From positions 6,914-70,913 of IMG/VR virus record IMGVR_UViG_3300021376_000041: a stretch of 64,000 nucleotides of DNA; one strand, 5' to 3'. This document shows, in pieces, positions 48,101 to 57,920 of this stretch. The first letter of the stretch is position 1. Each line of letters starts with the position of its first letter. The notes under the pieces are model-generated. The model was not told the origin of the DNA, made no database searches, and was given only the letters and a program-made list of their open reading frames with translations. Both the position numbers and the translations under genes were made by a program. The stretch comes from a virus.

Positions 48101-50603
48101 TAATTATATATCTTTTGCTGGTACTGATGCGGAAGTAAATAATATTGATAATGCATATAACTTAACAGATAAATTAGATAATTTTATTTTAAATGATCTA
48201 GAAGGTAACAAAAAAATTAAGTTATCTATTAATGGAGTAAAAAAGTTATTACCATATAAAGGCTTTTATCCACAAGAACGAGCAGTGCAGATAGTAGATT
48301 TATTTCAAAAATCATTCTTTAATATTTCTATGAATGACATAACGGGTGGTTATCCAACATATAAATATTATCGAAATGATACTGTAGCTGGCTGCGGCGG
48401 CTCTCCAATTATTCAACAAATGCAAACACTACTACAGCCTTATTTTGCTCCGGGTATTTTATTTAATACAATAAAATCTGGCATAGCTGTTGATTGGCCG
48501 ATAGTTTACTCAGATACGGATAGAGAAAAATTTTATAATAGCACTATTGTTACAACCGCGAATATTAATTATCCACCGAATCATAACACTGCGTCTTTTG
48601 CTACCAGCAGTATAAATGAAAAAGTAATGTTTTTATCAGGCGCTTTTTCTGCTAGAATACCATTTGAATCTTTGTTAAATCTTAAAGGATTAGATACAAA
48701 TCAAGTTATTAGCTATATAGATCCAACAAGATTTAATACAGAAACATTTACTGACATTACAAGTAGTACATTTACAAATGGATTTCCTGCTTCTACAAGT
48801 GGTTTAAGAAAAAATCCAATATTTTCTTTTAATGATCCTAACAATAACGAAATTAAAACTTTTAAAGATGATAGATATACAAAAGCAATAAATAATTATC
48901 TAGCTGAAATACCAAAATTTTTCTTACAAAACTCTTCATTAACTGAATTTACATCTAGGAATTTTTCAGGTGATTTAAGATTTGAATCAGGCAAGACTTA
49001 TGAAATGAAATTACAAATAAGCATGCCAGAAAAATACCGCATGATATTAGACACCACGGATGAAAAGCCGTATTATTATGATTTCGGTGATATAGTAACT
49101 AATACAAGAATAGCAGGAGCTTCTGTTTTCGGCCCTCCAACCCAATATTTCGTTGATTCTTCTGGCAGTGAATTAAAATTAGGGCATAAAGCTTATGATG
49201 GTGCAGCATATGCTCCGTATGCACCTCCATATTTGTATGGTCCACAAGTTATTAAATTTCAATTCACCCCAGAAGATGGCATTACTAATTATACTTATGA
49301 TCAGATTATTAGTGCTTTAACAGTTTCTTGTGAGCCTTCTACCGACGCAGTTTACAATTATTTTAGTCAATCAGCATACGATATTAATAACGGTAATAAT
49401 CCAAAAAACTTTACAAATACAATGGCTTATGCGAATAAAATGCCGCTATCGTCTAGTATTCGATATGATTTAATTGTTAAAGAACCTTTATCAGTTAAAG
49501 AAGCTAACGGTAACACCAAACAATACGACGAAAATACAGATAATACAAAAACTAAATGGAAAATACAAACTAAATTTGAAACACCTGTATTTAACTTTAA
49601 TAATGATTTAAATAAGTCGATTGATACTTCATATACTGAAGTATTACCTTCCGTTAATTATACTAAACCACATCCTATATTAACAAGTCTTAATGATAAA
49701 TATGATATCGATTGTGAAGTGACAAAATATGGATTTACTGGCATGTGGGGCGGTTATGCAACGGGAGATGCTTTAGAATCTGGCTTGACATTACAATTAT
49801 TAGATGGTGTAGAGAATAAAACTACTGGTAATTTAGCTGAAGTGTGTGGATTTGAAATAGCTACAAAAAAAGTAGGACAAATCGCAGATAAAAAACAGAT
49901 TAGCGAAGCAATAGTAATGATACCATATACTAGTACAAAAGACAATGATTTTGCCTCTGTGATTAAACCTCCTGCTGGTGAAGAAAATAATGAAAAGTAT
50001 TATTTTAGAGTACAAAAAATTATTATAAGCCAACTGTTTGATGATAATAATATTAACATTAACTTTAATTTGCCGCCCGAAGACAAAGAAGCAATAAAAT
50101 ATAAAAATATTAAAAAATTACTAAATAATAGTAATTTATCTAATAACTCTATATTAAATACTATGAAACTTATGACTCAATATATACTACCTCCTCATTT
50201 AGATTGGGTATACGATAGAAACATAGAACCATTTGTAATGTATATATTTGAGTTTAAACATGAACTTACAAAACAGGAATTAGCCGATATATGGCAAGGA
50301 GTCATGCCAGAATCAGCTATGAAAACAAGCTTAGATAGCCCAGATCCAATCGAACATGCTTTGACAGAAAAAGAATTCTTTCACGGTAAAAAATTACCAA
50401 ATGATATTAAGTGGAAAGTATTTAAAATCAAAAAACGTGCGGAGCATTCATATGATCAATTAGTAAATTATGATGCCGATAAAGACGAAAATCCCTTCTC
50501 ATATAATTGGCCTTATGATTATTTCTCTCTAGTTGAACTAGTTAATATTAAAGCTTCATTAGAAGTAGAAAATGAAAGTAAAAAAGAAGCAGGAACTGCC
50601 TAG
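42189..50603 (+). CDS. giant baseplate/tail protein with LamG (concanavalin A-like) domains
   Basis: 2804 aa; TVEFWF, WHHYAFTF, LFVDG, DEFRFW; gp7-like YIYKSKGTEKS. Confidence 0.8.
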   Translation: MSLKDLFGKTSEKIVSNKQLQDLYEQAESEGFLEELVEDRQRYLPSVDFSNFSNYIIYGSAERYFVDGITNIYQNYPYDGSKKEKQDWRNNSSQLDLYIFDEIYPKTKGYVVLSGSNVSVNGSNIRSSSAPQYVLIKGGPNQSADGKFEKSNIYDLDTNRESNLGITQNGNTVEFWFKDNVTSGSSLSTAEYCLLDLWNGNSSGSANYTRLTISKQYSTSNNKFFVTYVSGTAGIVSQLLDYDFDPYSWHHYAFTFSNTNITDLEVCLFVDGNLVKKTNFASVGSINLADNSNLIAFLGAYRADQNGNSSSYSSLGQSHGSYDEFRFWKTARTPRQIYRNWFTNVGGGSNTDDSNTNLGVYFKFNEGIVDNSSINSLDAVCLDYSGRVSNGTIINYDVNCKSTSSAIDIYFDTSLEQAEPIVFSSNPLVQNKIEEYTDLGFQYDVTNVSSIYRKLPSWITEEAEKDNYPDLQRLVQIISSYFDTLHLQIKNLSSIKNIEYSSENDKPKPFYSNILASHGFDNIEIFNNSTFLEDVLSRNESSEFENKISDIKNVIYQNIYNNLSYIYKSKGTEKSFRNLIRSFGVDNELIKINLYANNAEYDFSDKYNYTSINKKYIDFNNPNRYSGTVIQYYKSADTDTNGYITGLASGKLDYAPITVQAEILFPKKSDSEFENYQYTDFTDISLFGSHTANSNNTVLSWANNDNFNFQVYAIKNDPNSTDVYFKLTGSLSASGFSLTSSWYPDVYENKKWNLAVRIKPDKLGNIGYSSGSSNTDYVIEFVGYNSILDTKLEEGFILSATIPQADAISALRENKRLYAGAHYDNYDSSSLLAKTDVKVSSVRYWLDYLTDEELKNHSYDASSYGSLRPNWRPDFITDNLIVTKADMLLLNWSFDSVTGTNNQGQFIVDDISSGSVDLANRYGLDWLGPVIGYQQSGLAFGFGANDSQVANKEYIYSAKIATPEIFNGSDMIQVPATDDFARTKIGKPVSFYFSIEKSMAQIINDEILNWFATIKNFNNLIGLPNHKYKKEYSDLVHMRKIFFEKVNNEPDYEKFLEFYKWIDSSISMMIGQLAPASANVSDKVRNVVENTLLDRNKYENKLPIIKYKDRIVPVGGGGGLSQINYSSLRAPSSPAGKEWYKKRAIRTQEISGSGETITTPLEPQNDIDREIIRQVINYSSYGKDVTLYSAENDTFYEGKKDLNKIYSKHYVLNADKLLIVEGKILGNELTNISSSNQFIFAADLMASSSDTQVIDPSKSLYNIISTPTLFDLDSSSSYAGIRKATKTSYKFKNPYEYFQTSGRSANNKAFVDLEGGVSGTANIDILEVTSRTLPNRNTANGNGRKTIFVERFSAPGGPEVNSRGALDSVAEEYSAYNSLNYRNFRVRKHLNSWLAETSSFDEQNPSYHKVPNNIARYPADDNGNSINSQNDNAFISHAIPRSDRQYAWVNASLDADDGFSGYASEFANLNKSYQTISSSEIIGLSSIPYVNFRYLDSVSYNNLLTDKIINTGSNIISTGSLFATTLDYFGLYFYLTTLNGPYQYPSWKQIRNSENPIVVQSKKNNNILVQDQSIQLFKSVNGTLVPYVDSKSQTFKAYKEPPIEYNIPMKHVVEVSGSTGSIEVISTYDNNINKFANASLMTTLGQKERSELQTHNTLVAMSKGEYIPEPQILSASYSKMLFPSRKYVGLKETRTRPNYTEIAGTASNGYDRNSAKIRTFWKDAIADRQRTNAFFSSNKTGSINCLNIAQLSASSALNGFAGYVRQSSSTWDDIFPVFSVRKNMSASYDSFNSIEITSSYNNSFKKLFGLIFFSTLEDYCLMGDLAGFSEVEAVNFLKEQVGTYYYVPVTGTNGKTIQVEHFRYDPAVNFVRPKPSYTYKIHYPSVASQRSSSYGFGIKANIYTTAIRHFINEGMYYNTNILAGKNPWYNTYEQYFEDLKPYSISASILPEFNYSENGDYYISGNTTIPPNNYISFAGTDAEVNNIDNAYNLTDKLDNFILNDLEGNKKIKLSINGVKKLLPYKGFYPQERAVQIVDLFQKSFFNISMNDITGGYPTYKYYRNDTVAGCGGSPIIQQMQTLLQPYFAPGILFNTIKSGIAVDWPIVYSDTDREKFYNSTIVTTANINYPPNHNTASFATSSINEKVMFLSGAFSARIPFESLLNLKGLDTNQVISYIDPTRFNTETFTDITSSTFTNGFPASTSGLRKNPIFSFNDPNNNEIKTFKDDRYTKAINNYLAEIPKFFLQNSSLTEFTSRNFSGDLRFESGKTYEMKLQISMPEKYRMILDTTDEKPYYYDFGDIVTNTRIAGASVFGPPTQYFVDSSGSELKLGHKAYDGAAYAPYAPPYLYGPQVIKFQFTPEDGITNYTYDQIISALTVSCEPSTDAVYNYFSQSAYDINNGNNPKNFTNTMAYANKMPLSSSIRYDLIVKEPLSVKEANGNTKQYDENTDNTKTKWKIQTKFETPVFNFNNDLNKSIDTSYTEVLPSVNYTKPHPILTSLNDKYDIDCEVTKYGFTGMWGGYATGDALESGLTLQLLDGVENKTTGNLAEVCGFEIATKKVGQIADKKQISEAIVMIPYTSTKDNDFASVIKPPAGEENNEKYYFRVQKIIISQLFDDNNININFNLPPEDKEAIKYKNIKKLLNNSNLSNNSILNTMKLMTQYILPPHLDWVYDRNIEPFVMYIFEFKHELTKQELADIWQGVMPESAMKTSLDSPDPIEHALTEKEFFHGKKLPNDIKWKVFKIKKRAEHSYDQLVNYDADKDENPFSYNWPYDYFSLVELVNIKASLEVENESKKEAGTA

Positions 50604-50613
50604 GTGAGTATAC

Positions 50614-51591
50614 ATGTCTTTTTTTGATAGCAAACAAGAAACAATAAATATAGAATTAACATCTTATGGAAAGATGTTGTTATCAAAAGGCAAATTTAAA
50701 CCTGTATATTATGCTTTTTTTGACGATGACGTAATTTATGATTCATCATATATAAACATTACTGAATCTCAAAATGACATCGTTCAAAGAATAATGAACG
50801 AAACACCAGTTAATAAACCACAATATATTTTTGTTGGCACTGATCAAACAGTTGGTAATAACATAGAATTATTTTCTGAATATGTAGTTCAAGAAACAGA
50901 GACAATGAGCATAAAAGATGCACTAAAAACCTTGGAACAACAAAATATTTCTGAAAAAAAATACGCTCTGTCTGCCCCTCTAGGCAAATCATCCTTCAAA
51001 TCAGAGTATTACCCTGCTTGGCATATAAATCTATTAAGTGGGGCTATTAGCTCTTCTAATCCATATGTTGATAATAGTGATGGATTCCTTGGCTCGCTAC
51101 AACCATATCTAAAAATACCACAATTAAATTTAACAGACGGTATACAACAATTATTATTAAGAAAAGATAATTCTTTTCAAACCACACCAGAAGGATATGA
51201 AAATGTTGGCTTTTTAATTGATTCTAATGGTGATACGACTTCGATAAATCTAAAAATAGAACAATATTTATTAGAAGTTATGGAAAAAAATGTCGATGAT
51301 GTAAAAGATAATTTTGATATTGAAGTATTTATAGAACAAAGCGGTAGTCAAAGTGTTATTTGGAAACAGCTTTCATTTATCAAACAGCCAACATATATTA
51401 AAAATAATATATTATTAGACGTTCCAGAAGAACCAAAAAATGCCTCAGAAATATATAAAAATCCTAATTTCGTTGAACATTATTTAAAAATATTAATTGA
51501 TGATGAGATAATATTGCCGCCTAAACAAAAGATTAAAGTTCAAGCATACGATTCCAAGGTTACACCTGATTCTATTGGAGATGATTGCTAA
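50614..51591 (+). CDS. baseplate/tail structural protein
   Basis: IELTSYGKMLLSKGKF...YYAFFDDDVIYD, related to the N-terminus of 56941. Confidence 0.7.
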   Translation: MSFFDSKQETINIELTSYGKMLLSKGKFKPVYYAFFDDDVIYDSSYINITESQNDIVQRIMNETPVNKPQYIFVGTDQTVGNNIELFSEYVVQETETMSIKDALKTLEQQNISEKKYALSAPLGKSSFKSEYYPAWHINLLSGAISSSNPYVDNSDGFLGSLQPYLKIPQLNLTDGIQQLLLRKDNSFQTTPEGYENVGFLIDSNGDTTSINLKIEQYLLEVMEKNVDDVKDNFDIEVFIEQSGSQSVIWKQLSFIKQPTYIKNNILLDVPEEPKNASEIYKNPNFVEHYLKILIDDEIILPPKQKIKVQAYDSKVTPDSIGDDC

Positions 51592-54500
51592 TGATTTTTA
51601 CTGTTAGCCAAGAAAATATTGATAGCATTATATCATCTACTTTTCCGACAGTAGAATATTTTAATTTTAATTCTGTAATTTTAGATAATTATGGTCCAAG
51701 TGCCACTTCTGTTAAGCTATCCTTTATATTACAAGATGATATACAATCATTAAAAGTATTTAATAACCTAACAGCTAAAAAAATGATGTTTTTAAAAATA
51801 TTTGAAATTAATTCGCAACAAATGCGGGATCAAATATCAACTATTAAAAATATAAAAGATTTAAATAAAATACTACAACAAAATAATGTTTATTATAAAG
51901 ATTTAAATGCCGCCCTGTCTTTTATAGGAGATACAAAAGATGTTTATCAGCATTTTACGCAAGATAAAAGAGTATTTTTAAATTATTCTTTTAATTTTAC
52001 ATTACCTAAAAAAGACCCGCAATATTTATCTTTTGGAGCTGTATTTTATTATGATACAGATATATATTCAGAGGAAAACAAATTACCAAAAGAATATATT
52101 AATTACGAAACTATATTCGGGCCTGTAAAAACAACCAATATTATAGATAACTTTTTGCCTAATTCCCCAGTTCTAAAAGATTTAAGAATATTAAAAGATA
52201 TTTTTACAGTAGAAAAGCTATACCAACAAATTAGTTTTAAAACAACTGGCCCAAAGTTGTTATCATCAAAAACTAAAAAAACTCCATATAATCAATATTT
52301 TTCAAATTTATATATTTCTAAAAAATCAGAAAATACAGCTGGATTATTATTTAACATAGATTATCATAAATTAATTTTTGAGAATTCTCCTGTTAAAGAT
52401 ATTATTTTTAGAAGCCAAGATGTAAATACTTTATTAAATAAATCTTATATATCGAATGTTACAATTAAAAAAAGGTTAGTAAAAAAACATAATAAATCCT
52501 TTATAGATTTAACTGAGCAACCAGAAAATCTAATAAGCACATCTGATGGAGACAATTTATTATTAGTAAATAATAATAATGATAATGGCGGAATAGAAGA
52601 AGTAGTTTTAGATACTAGTTCCACTTTAAAGCTAAGAACTGTTGCTGCGGAAGACAAAAAAGTTTATTCTAATAAAAAAGGCTCTTATCAATACGGTGTG
52701 GAGATAAAGGTAGTTGATGGTATAATAGAATATTTAAAAAATATTAGCAAACTATTATCAGATGATAATAATATGATAGTTAAATATTTATCTGAGACTG
52801 ATAAGACGGTTACTACTTCTAGAATGCTTTATGAGGCTAATCCACACTCTAAGGCAAGTAATAGTGCTATGTCTGGCTTCTATGATCCATTAGCTGGTAA
52901 ATTTACACCATACTTTATGTATGTGTATTTTCCAAGAAATTATAGTGATAGCTTATTAACTGCTATTTCTAGATTTATGAGCGTATTGGATCTTTTTGGT
53001 TTTGTTAAAAAAGACATAGAAAAAGTAAGGTCTGTGCTTATATCATTTATTAATCCTGCTTTTGCTACTGCGCAAACAATACAATATTTTGCCAATTCAC
53101 ATAGTCGATTAATAAATCAAATCAACAAAATATTAAATGAATCTTATAACAATAATTATTCGTTAGAGCATTGGTTTGAAAATGATGTATTGGAAGTAGA
53201 TAATAAATCACAATATGGCTATAGATTTATAAATATCCAAAATGATTCTATATTTGGTAAAATAGATAGTGATTATATTAATCTTAGAACCGAAGAAGAG
53301 ATATTAAAATACTCCAGCAAGTCAGATATTTCTGGTTCCCAGTTAAGTTCTAAGTTTTCATATGTATCACCAATAGAGATATCTTTAGAAAATAATACAT
53401 TTGATTTAGAACAATTAAAAGTAGAAAAGAATTTCTATCCTCTAGAAGATTACAAAAATATAGAATTAGAAATTAAGCGTTATAACTTATTAAAAGAAAA
53501 AGATAAGCAAGTTATAACCTCTAATAAGATAACTGCCATATCACAAAATCAACAAAAAGAAATATTGAAAAATAATAGATTATTTAGTGACGAATCTGTA
53601 TCTATACAAATTATTGATTCGCTAGCTAGTGATATAAGCGGTAGCGAATATAAACTTAAAACAGATATTGATCCAACAATGCTTTATTTAGGTTTGGCTA
53701 AGTATCCCGATAAACAAAATAATGTTGCAAGCTCAAGTTTGCAAGCAGAATTATTAATTGAAGGCAACGGTCGTTATTTTGATAACACAAATAAAGAAAA
53801 TATATTTTTGAAAGATTTAGATCTTAACTCTAAATATAATATTTTATATAACACTATACATAAAATAGATTTCCTATCCTATGATCAAAATTTGAAGAAA
53901 GAAATATGGACTACTTTTGATCAAAAATCATATTTGGATATGGAAAGTAAGAAAACAATCCTATGCAGAATAACGCCAACCAATATTGATGCCTATTCTA
54001 ATATTTCTTTACCAATACACAATAAGTATTTCCTGCTTACATATAAACAGGAAACGCCCGTCAGTTTTAGAACACCCGATGATGAAATAGTGAATCCTAT
54101 TAGGCCATCTTTTGTATTTCCAAAACCACCGCCAATTATTGATCAGCCACCACTTCCCTCCATACCAGAACCAGCAACTTTGGAATTGGGACCGATTTTT
54201 GTTACTTCTTTTGTTGCTGCCGAGCCGCCAGCTATATCTTTACCTATTGAGCCACCGGCAGACCCACCGCCTGTATTGCCTGTAGATGGGAATTATAAAT
54301 TAGACAGTGATAAGTTTAATACTGATATAAATGGCTGGGAACTCGCCCCCGATACCAGATATTCTATCAATGATAGACAAAATATTATATTTGGCCCTAG
54401 TATATCTAAAAAAATTATAATTTTAAAAAGCCGAACAAAAATTGGTAATGATTCTAGATATATGTTTATTGCCCAACATGTTGATCCTAATAGAAAATTA

Positions 54501-54911
54501 TATAGAAATAAAAAAAATCGCTTATACATTATCGATAGATTACAAGATAAAATTTTATGGGAATTGGGGGCCGGGGACGGTACGTTAAATAACGTCTGGG
54601 AATTAGATGATAATCTAGATAACACGGGTCCAGAATTCATAACAATTAGGGATGGACAATTACAAATTTTTACACGCGGTACAGACTCAAGCTCATATAA
54701 AGTATTAATAACCGCCGGTATACAATATTCTGATCCCTCTATAGCTTCTACTGCCTATTTAATTTTGCAAGATGATGGCAACTTATCACTTTATGTAGCT
54801 GGAAACCAAGTGTGGGCTACGAATACCTACGATGGACGCTACAGTAAATCTCCAAAAAATTATGGTGGTGGTAGTGGTAATGATATAAACGTAATTAAGG
54901 GAGTTAAATAG
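51591..54911 (+). CDS. virion protein with Pro-rich linker and C-terminal bulb-type lectin domain
   Basis: coupled ATG at 51591; PKPPPIIDQPPLP linker; LILQDDGNLSLY...VWATNT. Confidence 0.7.
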   Translation: MIFTVSQENIDSIISSTFPTVEYFNFNSVILDNYGPSATSVKLSFILQDDIQSLKVFNNLTAKKMMFLKIFEINSQQMRDQISTIKNIKDLNKILQQNNVYYKDLNAALSFIGDTKDVYQHFTQDKRVFLNYSFNFTLPKKDPQYLSFGAVFYYDTDIYSEENKLPKEYINYETIFGPVKTTNIIDNFLPNSPVLKDLRILKDIFTVEKLYQQISFKTTGPKLLSSKTKKTPYNQYFSNLYISKKSENTAGLLFNIDYHKLIFENSPVKDIIFRSQDVNTLLNKSYISNVTIKKRLVKKHNKSFIDLTEQPENLISTSDGDNLLLVNNNNDNGGIEEVVLDTSSTLKLRTVAAEDKKVYSNKKGSYQYGVEIKVVDGIIEYLKNISKLLSDDNNMIVKYLSETDKTVTTSRMLYEANPHSKASNSAMSGFYDPLAGKFTPYFMYVYFPRNYSDSLLTAISRFMSVLDLFGFVKKDIEKVRSVLISFINPAFATAQTIQYFANSHSRLINQINKILNESYNNNYSLEHWFENDVLEVDNKSQYGYRFINIQNDSIFGKIDSDYINLRTEEEILKYSSKSDISGSQLSSKFSYVSPIEISLENNTFDLEQLKVEKNFYPLEDYKNIELEIKRYNLLKEKDKQVITSNKITAISQNQQKEILKNNRLFSDESVSIQIIDSLASDISGSEYKLKTDIDPTMLYLGLAKYPDKQNNVASSSLQAELLIEGNGRYFDNTNKENIFLKDLDLNSKYNILYNTIHKIDFLSYDQNLKKEIWTTFDQKSYLDMESKKTILCRITPTNIDAYSNISLPIHNKYFLLTYKQETPVSFRTPDDEIVNPIRPSFVFPKPPPIIDQPPLPSIPEPATLELGPIFVTSFVAAEPPAISLPIEPPADPPPVLPVDGNYKLDSDKFNTDINGWELAPDTRYSINDRQNIIFGPSISKKIIILKSRTKIGNDSRYMFIAQHVDPNRKLYRNKKNRLYIIDRLQDKILWELGAGDGTLNNVWELDDNLDNTGPEFITIRDGQLQIFTRGTDSSSYKVLITAGIQYSDPSIASTAYLILQDDGNLSLYVAGNQVWATNTYDGRYSKSPKNYGGGSGNDINVIKGVK

Positions 54912-56884
54912 TGTCTAAAATAGATAAAAAAATAAAACTCTTTTCAACCGATATATATCAATTTTCTAAAGATCCGTTTAGAAACGCTATAAGTGTCATA
55001 AAAAAGGATAGTGGCGATATAACACTTAATCCTACAATTAGAATTAATGAATATCGAGAGGCATATAATAACTTAAATATTTTTTCTGGTTATTTTGAAT
55101 TTGATTGTGGCTCAAAAAACGCTAAACAGCTAGCTAATACATTAAAGCCAATTTTAAATATTCCAATACAAAATACCTATATAGTTGCTGATAAACATTA
55201 TGAAATAAATGAAGAAATGAAAAAAGCTGGTTTGCAAAATGCCAGCGGGCTATTAAAGTTTGAATCTAAATTTACATATAACTATCTTTCTAAAAATTAT
55301 GAAACTTATTTAAATTCATATCCAAATTTATTAGAACTTAATTATCCATATTTTTATGGAATAATGAATGAAATATATGCTAGTAGATATGCTTCTAAGG
55401 CATTATTATTGTTAAAAAATAAGTTTAATCTTCCACAAAGCCTAATCAATACAACAAATATTAGAAATAATTTAAAGAAAATTACAATACCATCAAAAAT
55501 ATTATTTCAAAATACATTAACTAATTTCAATAATGTATTTAATACACTTAACGCGGATTCTAATTATTTTCCATTTTATTCTAGTACATTTATTGATTTA
55601 CATCAAAAGCCCTTAAATAACATAAGCGATTTATTTGCTGATAATAATATTTATGGTTCTTTATTAAATTATTCAACTGTTGGCGGTATAAGTCAAAAAC
55701 TTGCCACTTACGAAAGAGGTTCCGCAGCAGTTATAAAAGAATATAATAAGAAATATGTTGATAGCACAACTGTAGACACATTAATAGCTGGTATGCGCGG
55801 CAAATCAATAATTTTCTTAAATAAATTTACAGAAAGAATGTTATCTAATAATGTTAAATTTAGAGATGTTCTTTATGGCGCTCCAAACTATAGTGAAGTT
55901 ATAGGTTATGTTTTAAATAAATATGATACTTTTGGACCTAAATCTTCACCAATACAACAGATTTTATTTCCAAATACTAACATCGGACCAAGCATAAATT
56001 ATATTGACACACAACTAAAGTATAATAAAAAATATCGCTATTCTGTAGACTTGCTAGTAATGAATATAGATATGGTTTATAAATACACATTTGTTTCTGC
56101 TATGCCAAGTACAAATACTTTAAGGGTACAATATAGTTATGAAATAAAACCAAATATTTTATTAATAAACAATAGCGCTGAATATACAAATAAAATAATG
56201 AGTTCGCCTCCTGTAAAGCCTTATGTTGAACACTTGCCGTATGTCAATACTCCAAATAAATTAAAATTTATTGTTTATAATAATAATATACAAAATATTA
56301 TAGAAAATCCTATCTCTATACAATCATCAGACGCAGCACGTATACAAGATATAGTTTCTACACAAAATCGCACAGATGGCAAAGTGGCTTATAATTTTGA
56401 TGATGGCGTAGCAACAAAATTTGAAGTTTATAGAAGTACAGAAAAACCAACGTCATATAATGATTTGGGTAATAAATTATATAAAGTAATAGAAACAAAA
56501 GATTTAGAAAATATGGCCTTCGAAGACGATATAACGCCAGAAAAATATTATTACTATACCTTTAGAGCAATTGATTATCACGAACAATTCTCTAATCCAA
56601 CAGAAATATATGAAATAGTTCATACAAATGGCGTACTTTCTATGAACACTGTTTCTTTTGATGTGCCACAAGAAGATCTAAATAAAACATTTAGAAGATT
56701 TATACAGGTATCCCCAAGCCTAGCACAATTAGAAACAGTTGAAAATTCTTTGGATGCTGTACGATTAGGCATTAATAAAGAATCAGTATGGGATAAAAAA
56801 TTTAAAGTTCGTCTTACTTCTCGCTCTACCGGAAAAAAGATTGATTTTAATTTAACATTTAAGTATAATGTGCGAGATAATTAA
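54911..56884 (+). CDS. virion structural protein with fibronectin type III-like segments
   Basis: YIDTQLKYNKKYRY, FEVYR, YYYTFRAID; GTG start. Confidence 0.65.
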   Translation: MSKIDKKIKLFSTDIYQFSKDPFRNAISVIKKDSGDITLNPTIRINEYREAYNNLNIFSGYFEFDCGSKNAKQLANTLKPILNIPIQNTYIVADKHYEINEEMKKAGLQNASGLLKFESKFTYNYLSKNYETYLNSYPNLLELNYPYFYGIMNEIYASRYASKALLLLKNKFNLPQSLINTTNIRNNLKKITIPSKILFQNTLTNFNNVFNTLNADSNYFPFYSSTFIDLHQKPLNNISDLFADNNIYGSLLNYSTVGGISQKLATYERGSAAVIKEYNKKYVDSTTVDTLIAGMRGKSIIFLNKFTERMLSNNVKFRDVLYGAPNYSEVIGYVLNKYDTFGPKSSPIQQILFPNTNIGPSINYIDTQLKYNKKYRYSVDLLVMNIDMVYKYTFVSAMPSTNTLRVQYSYEIKPNILLINNSAEYTNKIMSSPPVKPYVEHLPYVNTPNKLKFIVYNNNIQNIIENPISIQSSDAARIQDIVSTQNRTDGKVAYNFDDGVATKFEVYRSTEKPTSYNDLGNKLYKVIETKDLENMAFEDDITPEKYYYYTFRAIDYHEQFSNPTEIYEIVHTNGVLSMNTVSFDVPQEDLNKTFRRFIQVSPSLAQLETVENSLDAVRLGINKESVWDKKFKVRLTSRSTGKKIDFNLTFKYNVRDN

Positions 56885-56902
56885 TAAATTATTATTTTAC
56901 GT

Positions 56903-56911
56903 ACTAGTTAT
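56903..56911 (+). promoter_or_regulatory. putative late promoter (ACTANTTA motif)
   Basis: ACTAGTTAT in the gap before 56941; the same motif precedes many genes. Confidence 0.55.
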
Positions 56912-56940
56912 AGAAAAAACTAAAAGAGGAACTATACAAC

Positions 56941-57897
56941 ATGGCATTTCTTGATAATTCTGGCGATATAATTTTAGATGCGGTTTTAACAGATACTGGT
57001 CGCATGAGATTAGCTAAAGGTGATGGTTCTTTTCGCATAGTTAAATTTGCATTAGCAGACGATGAAATAGATTATACTACCTACAATTCCTCTCATCCAA
57101 GTGGTTCTGCATATTATGATTTAGAAATTTTGCAAAGTCCTGTTTTAGAAGCTTTTACTAATAACGCTTCATCTATGAAAAGCAAGTTAATATCAATTAA
57201 TAGAAATAATCTATTATACTTACCAGTAATGAAAGTAAATAATATAGAAAGCAATGGTAATCAATTTGCGCTTTCTAGTTTAGTAAGTAATGGATATATT
57301 TTAGCTGCCGATACTATTTCTGAAACATTTCTTTCTAATACTTCGTTACTATATAATGGTTCTGCATTAAACAATCAAGGTATTTTATATGGCGCAGATA
57401 AAAGCAAAGGATCATCTATAAAAATTGATCAAGGCATAGATAATACAGCTATTAATGCTTCTACCACTCTAGATCCAGATTTAAAAGAAACTCAATATTT
57501 AATAGAAATTGATAATAGATTTGCTTCTATAGTTGACGTTAACGGCACGAATAGCGCTACACCATCATATATTGATGATGACAATATCGCAACTTATTCT
57601 TTTTCTTATAATGTTGATACTGAATTCGTTGGTGATATTCCACCCGCAGTTAATAATTCGTCCGCTGGACAAGTCATAGCTGGCGCGAGGGGCACATACT
57701 TTAAATTTAAACTTGCTTCCGCCCTTGATATTTCTTCAACAAATTATTTATTTAATACACTAGGCATGACTATGACAGGTTTTACTGGCGTTATCGTAGC
57801 AAATGTCCAATCAATTTTAACAAGTATAAGAATCTCAGGAGTTACAACTGGTAATTATGTTGATATTCCGTTGCTAATTGTTAGAGCAAGTTCTTAA
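56941..57897 (+). CDS. tail/baseplate structural protein
   Basis: MAFLDNSGDIILDAVLTDTGR..LA..F.IVKFALADDEIDY, a conserved large-phage structural motif. Confidence 0.75.
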   Translation: MAFLDNSGDIILDAVLTDTGRMRLAKGDGSFRIVKFALADDEIDYTTYNSSHPSGSAYYDLEILQSPVLEAFTNNASSMKSKLISINRNNLLYLPVMKVNNIESNGNQFALSSLVSNGYILAADTISETFLSNTSLLYNGSALNNQGILYGADKSKGSSIKIDQGIDNTAINASTTLDPDLKETQYLIEIDNRFASIVDVNGTNSATPSYIDDDNIATYSFSYNVDTEFVGDIPPAVNNSSAGQVIAGARGTYFKFKLASALDISSTNYLFNTLGMTMTGFTGVIVANVQSILTSIRISGVTTGNYVDIPLLIVRASS

Positions 57898-57920
57898 GAA
57901 TAACAAAAAGGAATTAAATA

